This document shows, piece by piece, positions 12,559 to 23,261 of a DNA stretch of 64,000 bases (its first letter is position 1; each line of letters begins with the position of its first letter). This DNA comes from Squalus acanthias (lineage: Eukaryota). The translations under genes were made by a program, and so were the position numbers. Below the pieces are notes generated by a model. That model saw nothing but the letters and a program-made list of their open reading frames with translations. It did not search any database and was not told the DNA's origin. The stretch spans positions 73,532,001-73,596,000 of the forward strand of contig CM059430.1 in the NCBI GenBank assembly GCA_030390025.1. Direction: 5' to 3'.

Positions 12559-13707
12559 CTGCAAAATACACAGAACTTTCATTAAAATCTAACCGATCAG
12601 TAGCAGGGGTTGCATTAATGATACAAGACTGGGATAATGAAAACTCACACTCGGAGTTCAAAGAGAGTGTAAGGATCCGATCGGAAAAAAAATCTATCAA
12701 ACCCGACGTGGTTGTCCTTGGTTCACGCCATTGCTTTTGCAGGGGGACAGTGAAACCCCCACAGAAATGGGAAAATGTCAAAATTGTGCCAGGCTGCGAA
12801 TGATCTTTCCCTTCAACTTCGGCGGGAGTTCGGCAGCATCCAAAGAGAATCTAGTTTAAATAGCCATGTTTAGTTCTCTACATTGTTTCTCTGATGTTTC
12901 GCTGTCTCACGTCCTACCTGCTGACACTAATCAGTGGAGCCCAATGCAAATGCAGGTCCATGGTCTGCCGATAACCTGTGTCTGTTGTCGTTGTATTAAC
13001 GTTACTCTCGCTCTTTATTTTCTTCTACTTCTGTGCCCTTCTATATCCCCTTTTGTTGTCTGTCCTGGAGATATTTTTGCTCTCACTCGGCCCTCTTCTG
13101 CATCCTTCTCTACATATATGCTCTATCAGTTGCTGTCGAATGTGATGGGTGACAGTGTATGTTGTGAAAAACATATATTAACCAGTGGATGAAGGATGCA
13201 CTTTGGATGACTTTACAGGGACACTCTGGCCCTCACGGGTTCCTTTCGCAACCTAACCCCAAATATTCATCCGCGCACATTTCAGTACTCTAACTTCTAC
13301 AATGTTTTAATTTTTCAACTACCACCTTTCCTTCTTATCACTCCTCACTCAGATCGACAATGCCCTACCTCTTCCTTATTGAAATATCCAGTCAGGCCCT
13401 AAGTAAACATGACCACTTGCTCCTCTGTCAGTTCCCTGACATATAACCCTACATCCTTTCCAGCTGTTCTGCACTCTAATTCAATCCTCCAGACTCTGCG
13501 CTGAGCGCACTGAGGCACCTTTACACTTTGCCGGTTTCCTTTCGACTACTGTGGTCTTCCTTTCCTATTCTTTCTTTCGAAGATGCTATGTTTGGTTTGA
13601 AAAGTTAAATTACTTTTGAAATAAATTAAGTCGGGAAGTGAGATGTTAAAAAATGACTTCTTCTCTCCCTATCTATGTCTCTGACACTAATTTTGACTTT
13701 CATCACT

Positions 13708-14404
13708 GGGCGTAAAATTGGCGATGGCGAATCGGGCGCCCGTTTTGCACCGCGCCCGTTCCTTTGTGCATTTGCTATTATAGTTAGCCAGGCGATTAGG
13801 TTTACAATGACGCACGGTCTCTATGACGTCGCACAAGTTAGCAGGTAGAATTTCTCTCTCGCAGATGTGAGAAATTGGCATTTACACTTCCTAACTGTTT
13901 TATTTTATATCTATGTGTATTTTGGGGGGCATTCCCATTCCTTCCCATTAATCTGCATATATGGAATCCCCACATGTATGAATGCGGATTCTCTTCTGTC
14001 ATTCGTTGGATGGCCCACGTGATGGCAGGGGAACTTGCGAACCGCGTGCCCATGAGCTATGTGGGTCTCTACCCGCGGGTACCCGGAGAGCCCCAGGACC
14101 GCGAGGCTCCGTGGACCCAACGGCCCCAGATACGTGGGCATTTTATTTTCGGATCGGAGGAATTTCCCTGCGGGAAGTCTCCGACGGAAAATTCAGGACC
14201 ATGACTTCAGTAAGTAAGGTTTTTATTAGACAGGAAATGAACAGACATGAGAGCCATGAATTACCTCGGAGCTGCCCCGCGCCCCACCCAACCTCCCGCC
14301 CGTCATCGCAACTTCCACTCTTACATCGACGAGTAATCAGTTTATTCCGAGGAGAAGCTCATAACCAGCTCTTGTCATACGCTCAAACTCAAAATTTTAC
14401 ACCG
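13708..14404. mobile_element. Decayed MITE-like element(s), possibly nested
   Basis: Outer ends gggcgtaaaatt / aattttacacc; an internal GC-rich segment ending ggaaaattcaggacc resembles the other MITE termini. Confidence 0.45.
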
Positions 14405-14796
14405 ATCTCCCACCGATGTTTCTGCACAAGACCAGGGCAACCCCTCAGAAATCCACGGCCAAACTTTTTAATAAATATGTTTATATAAAGAACTGAAGTC
14501 ACAAAATAGTTAAATGTTGAACAGCTGATTTACCAATGACTGTTAGTCATAACTTCTCATTACGTGGTGCTTCATTTCTTTCGTTGCTATTTGTATCAGT
14601 GACGGTGATCGATTCAGGCTAGTGATGGTGCATTCCCGTGACCTTAACTAAATGTTTTTATAACGGAAATGGCACATTTGGGATAGCGCGAAATTATAAT
14701 GTTACTGTATCACGTTGATTTGTTTACCATTAATCCGAGGTACCTAGAAGGTTTGGTGGGTAAACTTCCCATGCTGCAAAGCGCTAATACACAAAC

Positions 14797-15551
14797 GGGC
14801 CGCATTTTCCGATCGTAAGCTTCCTGCGTGCCGATGCATCCGATCGGCAAAAATATATGCATTACCTGCTGGCTCCGTAGGTCCCGAGAGTTGAGATCCT
14901 GGGTCTCTGCTCTACGAAATGCGCAGAGGCCCAGGTATCCCTGGGGCGCATGCGGTCCGCATGCTCCCCTGGGATCACTTGGGCCATGGGGAACCAATCA
15001 AACAAGAGAATCCTCCCTCACACTTTTGACATGTCTCTGTTCGCAGATCTGACAAAAGTATGAATGGGGATCACTTAAAAACACAGTAAAACATTAAATA
15101 TATATCTATATAGTTTCTAAATCACGTTTTTAAAATTATTTGCAATTATATTAAATTAAATATTTTAAAGCAAAACTTTACTTTTTTAAGAACATAATTA
15201 AAGTTATTTTGCGGGTCTAAAAATAAACTTACCTTTTTTAAATGTATTTTTAAATTATAAATGACTGAAAACATTGTTTTTCAAACACATATCCTGGTAA
15301 AAGCAGGCCTTATGCCTGCTTTTAACAAGCGTAAGATTTTTTAATGGTTTTCAGCTTGCGGAGGTTGTGCTGAAAGCTCAACTCTCTGCTCGCGGAAGCC
15401 CTTTGCCCGGGGAGGCGGATGATCTGTCAAGAGGATTCTTGACAGATCGCAAGTGCCGGGTTTTAGCGCATGCCTGACATCGGCACTTGCGACGCTCCTG
15501 CGGGTGAGTACAGACCTCCTACGCACCCGTGGGGGTCCGAAAATCCGACCC
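14797..15551. mobile_element. MITE family 2 (related TIRs)
   Basis: Ends gggccgcattttc / gaaaatccgaccc; homologous along its length to 52007-52734; internal hairpin ctgtcaagaggattcttgacag. Confidence 0.75.
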
Positions 15552-16054
15552 AATAATAGAATAATGTGGGCGCATGGTTGTCCCTTTCTTCTGCTTTAAC
15601 TTATGCGGACGATCCCGCAAACATCTGAGAAATGCTCGAAACCGCCGCAGACATTGTAACCTGACTTTCGCGCGGGAGTGCAGGTCTTCGCTCAGAGACT
15701 CGTAGAATATCCGTGTAGTTTCTGGAGCAGAAATTCACATTTTGGTGCATTTTCCTTATGTGCTCATTCTTTCATGGGGACGCGACGATTTAAACGCGCC
15801 TGTGCTATGGAATGGGAGAATAAAACAGCTGTTCTACTTCTAATAACTGGACAACTCTCCGTGCTATAAACTGCAGAGTGCGGTTCATCTTTTCCGTGTG
15901 TGGAAATGTCTCCCGAAACCCTTTAAGCTCGCACATGATGAATAAATACTCACAAAGCACAAACTGGGGCTGGCCGTCCATGTTGACGGATGTCAGCAGA
16001 GTCAAAACTTTCAGCAAAGACCGAGGAAAACGGAAAAACAACCATTCTAATTAC

Positions 16055-16361
16055 CTGAAATGTGCATAAGATGATGAACATTGGCTACAGTCTTGAGAGA
16101 GATGTGTGATACCTGACAAGTATAATTAGTTCCGCTCTGCAAAGGAGCTGTTTCATTGAGACTACTGGAAACTTCAAACATTTGCGCTGGATTCCGTTTT
16201 TTGATTTGTTCCGTGCCCGTCAGGATTTCCGATGCATTTTTATACCAACTGATGTTCAGCTTTTCCGCGAAAAACGAAGCCGTTTTAAACACAAGCGACA
16301 AAAAAAGACGATGACTCATTTCTAAACACGATAGTAGAAATCCGCAACGGCGTCGAAGCAA
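16055..16361 (-). pseudogene. Ig C1-set domain exon (disabled)
   Basis: Acceptor tttttcaacAG, donor CAG|GTAATT, phase 1-1. Reads (V)ASTPLRISTIVFRNESSS-[+1 T in T7 run near 16300]-LSLVFKTASFFAEKLNISWYKN...FEVSSSL...NYTCQVSHISL. Carries the C1 signature YxCxVxH; B-strand Cys position is Phe (TTT); five N-glycosylation sequons. Confidence 0.9.
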
Positions 16362-16514
16362 CTGTTGAAAAAATAGAAATCAATTGTTATTTAAACTTAA
16401 TGGGGTTGAAATTGGTCTTGAACTGTAGCGTAAAACTGTCGATAACATATCAATGGAAAGTAATTTCTGACGGGGGTGGGGGCAGGGGGATCGGATTGTT
16501 ACTTCACTGTAATT

Positions 16515-17460
16515 ACACTAGGGATGGCCGACTTCAGTTTTGTAGGGAAACTAGAGAAACTGGGATTCTTCTCCTTCGAGCAGAGAATATTAAGGGAAGG
16601 TTTAATAAAGGCGTTCAAAATTATGAAGGGTTCTGATAAAGTAAATAATGCGAAGCTGTATTTGCAGACTGGTCGGTAACCAGAAGACACAGATTTAAGG
16701 TAATTGGCAAAAGAACCAGAGGTGAGATCAGGAGGTTATTTTTAAGCAGCGTGATATTATGAACTGGAATTATTATGAAAGGAAATATGCCGCTTTATGT
16801 TGATTTCTAGAAGATTGTCATACGGAGCTTCAATTTCCGCTGAGTGTTTCTGATCTCCCATCATAATCTCGGATGAAAATCTCCTGCCCGAGAACACCTT
16901 AGAAAATCTAGAGCACTTGAGTTGGGATTCTGTTGGTTCTATCCATTTTATTCCATTTGATGGTGGATTTTTCAAATGTTTTTTTTTCTCTTTTAAATGC
17001 AAGTATGTAAATTCTCTCACCACTTTATCTGGCGATGCATTCCATAGACTAAACAGCTTCTGTATAAAAATACATCCCAATCTCGTCCGTCGGTTTTTTG
17101 GTGGTGATCTTAAATTTATTACCTCTGGATATCAACTTACTAAGCAGTGTAACTTGCATTTTCTTACTTACTTTGTCAGAACTCTTCTTCATTTAAAACA
17201 CCTGAAAAAGATCTTGTGTTAACTTTCACTGATCTGGGGAAAAGGGCCTAATTTCTATAGCCTCTTCTTATTACCTTACCCTCTCATCCCTTATACCAAT
17301 TTAGTGCTGTTTAACCCTCGCAATGACCTTGACATCCTCCCCAATGTAATGCCCCCAAACTTGTACACAGTTGACTAACTGGAGTTTATACATGCGATTT
17401 TTGTCGGATTCAGTAATATAAAAGCATTTGGTCTCAATTCTTCTGTATAAAGAAGCCTAG
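16515..17460. mobile_element. Short CR1 3' fragments (plus about 16515-16780, minus about 16960-17460)
   Basis: LEKLGFFSFEQRILREGLIKAFKIMKG and its reverse-complement equivalent. Confidence 0.6.
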
Positions 17461-18629
17461 GATCCTGAAATACTGCATGAGTTCGACTAGTTTCGTGCCT
17501 CTTCTCCAGCTGGACATGGGAAGTGAAACTTTGCAAAGGGTGAGCTTCTGTCATTTAGACCTTTCTCCAGAGGCTGAGCCGGTGCTCCTGCCGGCGTTAC
17601 TGTGGGGGAAATGGTAAATCTCCGCGATAGCTGGGGCCTACGATTTGACGTTTTTACAGCTTTGCTTATTCCTCTTGGCATATTATCAAACTTTGTATCG
17701 GAACTTTGAAATGGATCTGCTGTTCAATTTGCTTTTTATTTGTTTTTAATTCATTCGAGGGATGTGATCGTTTTGGCACATCCGGCATTTATTGTTCATC
17801 CTTAGTTAACTGAAAAAATTGAGAGTGAGCGATTCGATACTACTGAAAGGCTTTCGATCCGCTTCAGAGGGCGATTGAGATTGAATCACATTGGTAAGGG
17901 TATAGATTCACATTTAAGCAAGATCTGGCAAGGAGTCAAGTTTTCTCCCCTAACGGATATCAGTGAAGGATTAGGATTTGGCGGCAATCCACTTCCACCA
18001 GCATTTATTTCCATATGTTTCTACTAAATTCAAATTTTGAAACTGTCAAGGTGGAATTTGAGTCATTCCCTGGATTACTAGTCCAGGGTCTGGATTGCTA
18101 GACCAGTAAAATAACTGCCAACCCACTGTATCTAATGCTTTTAATCTCATTCTTCCAACCCACAAAATAAACATATATCGGCACAGTATATTTTATTTGA
18201 CTGTTTCTAATCAATCTTCTTACCTATCGATATACTCATTAAGTTATATACAGTCTTCTTGATAGTGAACCACATCTCCCGATTCTAACGGTTCTATCAA
18301 TTTTCAAAGCGTGGCCGTGCAAATGGTGTTCTCCCAATTTACACCTGGATACTTAAATTATTATTGTCTGGGCCCGGTAATTGCGCTGGCCTGCCGCAGT
18401 GTCTGACTTCAAAGAAAAGGAAACCCCAATGGGCAATGAATTGGCGGCAAAACCGCCACCGCACTTGGTGGTCTTGGGCGCGAGCGAAAAATGTTGTTTG
18501 TTAGTCGCCAGATTTGCCATTTAATTGAAGTCAATGGAAAAGTAAATGGAGCGAAGTAAATAAACATTAGCGAAGCATTGTCATGAGCTTCGAGCTGCCG
18601 CCAAGATCACATTCACAGTTATTTTAAAT

Positions 18630-19950
18630 TCGATTATGGGATGTGTGCGTCGTTGGCAAGGCCAGCATTTATTGTCCATTCCAACATGCCCTTGAGAAGG
18701 TGGTGGTGAGCCTCCTTCCTGAACCGCTGCATTCCGTGTAGTGAAGATACTCCCACAGTGCTGTTCGGTAGGGAGTTTCAGGATTTTGATCCAGTGACGA
18801 TGAAGGATCGGCGATATACTTCTAAGTCAGGTTGGTGTGTGACTTCGAGGCTAACGTGGAGGTGGTGGTGTTTTCATGCTCCTGCAGTCCTTGTCCTTCA
18901 AGGAGGAAGACGCTCGGGTTTGGGAGGTATGCCAAAGAAGCCTTGGCGAGTTGCTGCAACGCATCTTGTAGATGGTACACACTGCAGCCACAGGAGGGAG
19001 TGAATGTTTAAGGTCCTGGATGGAGTGCCAATCAAGCGGGCTGCTTTGTCATGGATGGTGTCTAGCTTCTTGAGTGTTGTTGGAGCTGCACTCATCCAGA
19101 CAAGTGGAGAGCATTTCATTACACTCCTTAATTGTGCCTTGTAGATGGTGGAAAGGGTTTGGGGAGTCAGGAGGTGAGACACTCGGCGCGGTATACCTAG
19201 CCTCTGAACTGCTCTTGTTGCCACATTATTTATGTGGCTGGTCGAGTTATGTTTCTAGACAATAGAGTCCGCCCAGGAAGTTGATGGTGGGCGATTCGGC
19301 GATGGTAATGCCGTTGAATGTCATGGGGAGGTGTTAGAGTCTCGCTTATTGGAGATAGCCATTGCCTAACACTTCTGTGGCGCGAATGTTACCTGCCGCT
19401 TATCAGTCCAAGCCTGAACGTCGTTCACGTCGTGTTGCATGCAGACATGGATTGCTTCATTATCTGAGGAGTTGTGAATGACGCTGAACACTGTGCAGTA
19501 CTCAGCGAACATCCCGATTTCTGACCGTAAGTTGGAGGGAAGGTCATTGATGAAGCAGCTGAAGATGTTTGGGCCTAGCATACTGCCCTGAGGAACTCCT
19601 ACAGCGATGTCCTGGGGCTGTGATGTTTGACCTTTAACCACCACAACCATCTTCCTTTGTGCTAGGTATGACTCCAGCCAGTGCAACGTTCTCCCCCTGG
19701 TTCCCAATGACTTCAGTTTTACTAGGGCTCCTTGATGCCACACTAGGTCAAATGCTGCCTTGATGTCAAGGACAGTCACTCTCAGCTCACCTCAGGAATT
19801 CAGCTCTTTTGTCCATGTTTGGACCAAGGCTGTAATGAGGTCTGGAGCCGGGTGGACTTGTCGGAACCCAAATTGGGCATCAGTGAACAGGTTATTTGTG
19901 ATTAAGTGCCATTTGATATCACTATAATTGACACCTTGGATCAGTTTGGT
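18630..19950 (-). mobile_element. Second LINE family (CR1/L2-like), 3' part with RT
   Basis: LDIKAAFDLVWHQG...GVPQGSMLGP...FINDL; 3' end gccagcatttattg matches 8660-8870 and 44700-44925. Confidence 0.85.
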
Positions 19951-20511
19951 GATGTTGTTACGGTAATGAATGGTTAAACAAATATTGAGAAGGAACTAGC
20001 ATTGAATGATTAAAATTGCTTTACTGATGTTACCTTTCTACCTTTCAGTGAATTGTTTTTAGTGAGTTTTTTATCATTGTGGGATCTCTCCGATTTGGCA
20101 TGTTTGGTTACGGGCACTCATTGACAGCGTGTCATGCGTTGTATGTGATCCGCAATTATCTTTAGTGGAGTGGGCGGGGGTTCTCCGTCATCCGTTTTAA
20201 ACAGCGCAGTTTGGGCCACGGTATACCCGAGAATAAAAGAACGCGTTACGTGCATCAGTTTGAGAAATCTCGTGTAATTGATTTCCTCACGTTTTTCTAT
20301 TTCAGAAGTCGGGTTCTGGAATTATTGTAATTAGATTGCACTGTAACAGGAAGCAGGGAAAATATTCATTTGATTTCCTACGACGAAACTGGAGAACTTT
20401 TCAATCTGTGACATGTGATTATAATTCTGAGTGCAGCAGCAGTTTCAGGGCGGTGTGATTTAAATCTATCCAGAATGTAACTGCGCATATATATACCGGT
20501 ACTTGAGTTTA

Positions 20512-20802
20512 NNNNNNNNNNNNNNNNNNNNNNNNNNNNNNNNNNNNNNNNNNNNNNNNNNNNNNNNNNNNNNNNNNNNNNNNNNNNNNNNNNNNNNNNN
20601 NNNNNNNNNNNNNNNNNNNNNNNNNNNNNNNNNNNNNNNNNNNNNNNNNNNNNNNNNNNNNNNNNNNNNNNNNNNNNNNNNNNNNNNNNNNNNNNNNNNN
20701 NNNNNNNNNNNNNNNNNNNNNNNNNNNNNNNNNNNNNNNNNNNNNNNNNNNNNNNNNNNNNNNNNNNNNNNNNNNNNNNNNNNNNNNNNNNNNNNNNNNN
20801 NN
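20512..20802. other. Assembly gap (291 N) in the V-C1 intron
   Basis: Run of N. Confidence 1.
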
Positions 20803-20868
20803 TGCATTTACCTATCATTATTTCTGAGTAGATAAACGACATCTAGATTTGTATGACACGCCACTTAC

Positions 20869-21115
20869 CATATACTACTAGTTATATGCCGCATCCGTCA
20901 ACAAACCCGAGTCTCCTACAATTAAATCTGCAGCGATAGACGCCAGAGTCATTGGCACTCACATTCTGAAGATGCAGAAAAAATATTCCATTCTGTAAAA
21001 TATGCAATTCGATGCGATTGTCGGAGGTTATTGCTACAATTGAAGTGGAACCTTCCTTCCTCCAATAAACATTTATATTCTCGTTCGGTTCGCTGTTCCA
21101 CTCCAGCAACTCTCA
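20869..21115 (-). pseudogene. Ig V-set domain exon with germline-joined J-like G strand (disabled)
   Basis: C-strand NINVYWRKEG, E-strand IFFLHLQNV, F-strand DSGVYRC, G-strand DGCGI*LVVY (GxGxxLxV with TAA), donor G|GTAAGT in phase 1. A-strand-like RVAGVEQR is in another frame. The exon is only 247 nt and lacks the B-strand Cys, implying a frameshifting internal deletion. 5' boundary uncertain. Confidence 0.85.
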
Positions 21116-21222
21116 CTCGGAAATTTACAAAGCACAGATTTGTTCAACGCACAGATAAAAATAAAATTGCTTTAAAATCGGCGTATATTAGTGATTTAAA
21201 TATCCTAAGAGCATCAACTCAC

Positions 21223-21277
21223 AGCTCTATAGCTCCTCTTGTTAAAAATAGATAAATATAAAAGGATATCCCCGAAT
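21223..21277 (-). pseudogene. Decayed leader (signal peptide) exon of copy A
   Basis: 55 nt reading I(ATT)RGYPFIFIYF*QEEL*S plus 1 nt, ending at donor T|GTGAGT in phase 1. A 107-nt intron separates it from the V exon, typical of Ig leader-V spacing. No ATG, two stops. Confidence 0.55.
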
Positions 21278-21409
21278 GTAAGGTCGGAAAGCGACTTCCA
21301 ACAGGCAGCTGTGAACTGCCAGCGGAAGGTAAATATGTTGTAATGGAACAAGATACGGAAATACTGTGCAAGGGAAATGTTTTGAGGAAGCTTGTAAAGG
21401 CAAAATGCC

Positions 21410-21512
21410 AGTGAGAGAGAGACAGATAGAGAATGAGAGAGGGGAGGTGGGAGAGAGAGAGCGAGAGAGAGAGGGAGGCAAGGGGAGATGGGTAGAGGCG
21501 GAGAGAAGAAGT
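21410..21512. repeat. GA-rich low-complexity tract upstream of the copy A leader
   Basis: Near-pure purine run with (GA)n stretches. Confidence 0.8.
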
Positions 21513-22559
21513 CCGGAAAAATGTATCCAGAGTTCAAGTGGGCTTCGTAGATTTTCTGTAAAGAACAATTTTAGATTACTCGTACTTTTCTGGAAGGTTT
21601 GTGTACCCTGTTTTGAAATAAGGCTACAAATTTGAAATTTAGGCGTAGCAATATCTGAAGTCCATTGGTGTGTGTTTCAGAGATAAACCAGCTTAACGTC
21701 AGTCTAAAACATAACATGAGCAGACAATTAACTATTGGTATACCTGGCACAACGTGTGTATCTTAGCGCATTATTTAATCTGAGATTAAAAACGTTAAAT
21801 GTTTGACCTGCTGGTACACAGCAAAGCTTCAATCGATTTGATCTGCTCCTTGCATGTGGCCTTTACCAGATTCATTAGCTAATCACAATTCATTTTTGCA
21901 ACAGATAGATGTGTGTGACGCAGTTCAACATCAAACATCTTTAAAGTGCATTAAATAAATTGGTTAGATTGGGATAGTGTGTTGTTCCTCACAATTTACC
22001 GAAAACACATGTCAAAAAGTAGCTGGTTAATCAGCAGAATAACTGTAGATTTTAAGTGAACAGGTTCACATGTCGCTCTGAACGCTAGGCCAGTTATCTA
22101 GACGTAAATAATAAGAAGTATATCGCAGACAGTTAAAATAATTTCAACGTTACTTTCCCTATTTTCTGTTTTTTATGCCATCTTCTGAGCACCTAATAAT
22201 TTCGCAAGCTGAATTATAATTCCACGGATAACGGAAAGTTCCTGATGCCTTGACAATGTGTCTAATTTTAGACTCCGCACTTCCAACACCCCGTGCGTCT
22301 TTGTAAACTATCCAAACGGGACTGGGCGGGGTAGAAAGAGCTTAGCCTAATTACCTATTCACGAGCGGATTTCCGGGGAGCTTCCCGGTCATGCGTCTGT
22401 CCTCAAGAAAATGAAACAGCCTAAATTTCCCTATATGCCCTTTCACCGGGATTCCCGTTCATCTTCTGCCAAACTGCTGAGGATCAAACGGATTTGGGTT
22501 TGCAGCTATTCAAACCACTAAAAGCTTGTCGAAATGTACACGTGTAATGAAAAAAATTA

Positions 22560-23255
22560 CGGAATGCTGGTCGTCCGGATTTCACTCCTGAATGGCCTAG
22601 CTCTAATTTTAAGATCGTACCCTTTAGTTCTCGATTCCTGCAGCGCAGGAAATAGTTTCTCTGCATCGACCCCATGGAATCGCTTCATAACTTTAACCAC
22701 CTGAACGATATCACCCCTCAGACATGTGAACTCAAAGGAATACAAGCCAAGTTTATGCAAAGTCTCCTCATAATTTAAGACAATAAAACATTCTGATGAA
22801 TCTACGCTGTACACCCTCCATGGCCAGTACATATCGTTCCTGGGGAGCAGTGCACAAAATTGAACGCAACACTCCAAATGGTGTCGGACCAAGGTTCTGC
22901 ACAATTGCAGCATAACTTCCGACGTTTGTTTCCCAGCCCTTGAGATAAAAAGCCAACAGTACATTAGCGTTTTTGATGACAATTTGTTTTGTTCTTTAGG
23001 TTTCATTGATTTGTGTACACGGACAACTAAATCGCTTTGCTCCTCCTCAGGTCCGAGACTCTCGACATTAAGAACATATTCTGATTCATCCTTCTTAGAT
23101 TTAAAGTGTAGGACTTCACACTTTCCCACATTTGAAGTCCACCTTCTATAGTTTTGCCCACTCACATCATCTGTTTAAGTCCTATTGTTTCATGCTCCCA
23201 TCTGTACAACATACTGTGCCTACCAACTTAATGTCACCTGCAAATTTGGATGTAC
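22560..23255 (-). mobile_element. CR1 3' fragment
   Basis: KCEVLHF...LVRHHLECCVQF...LGLYSFEFTCLRGD. Confidence 0.8.
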
Positions 23256-23261
23256 AATAAC

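Larger units (their letters stand above)
6385..13235. repeat. Segmental duplication, unit A (paralogous to about 44940-50733 plus 59390-64000)
   Basis: Collinear matching blocks, e.g. 6720-7500 with 45250-46080, 7510-8039 with 50225-50733, 8060-9430 with 59400-60550, 10194-10965 with 60557-61340, 11908-12770 with 61338-62155, 12830-13235 with 63590-64000. Confidence 0.9.
10790..21277 (-). pseudogene. Copy A: non-rearranging IgSF receptor pseudogene (leader-V/J-C1-TM-short cytoplasmic exon), SIRP/VJ-C1-like
   Basis: Ordered minus-strand exons with GT-AG sites and matching phase-1 junctions: leader 21223-21277, V 20869-21115, C1 16055-16361, TM 12445-12558; candidate cytoplasmic exon 10790-10827. 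Several independent disabling lesions. Confidence 0.85.

Noticed and set aside
12559-12781. N-terminal part of the 119-aa ORF 12422-12781
   Set aside because: Intron read-through; only 12445-12558 is bounded by splice sites.
20378-20842. ORFs spanning the N run
   Set aside because: Artefacts of the assembly gap.
16055-21115. Rearranging Ig/TCR locus or MHC gene
   Set aside because: The J-like strand is inside the V exon, no RSS or MHC peptide-binding exons were seen, and the paralogue has an ITIM tail.
21118-21142. KSVLCKFP as the missing B-strand Cys of the V domain
   Set aside because: Out of frame with the rest of V and upstream of the better acceptor and A-strand reading; treated as intron, though not fully excluded.
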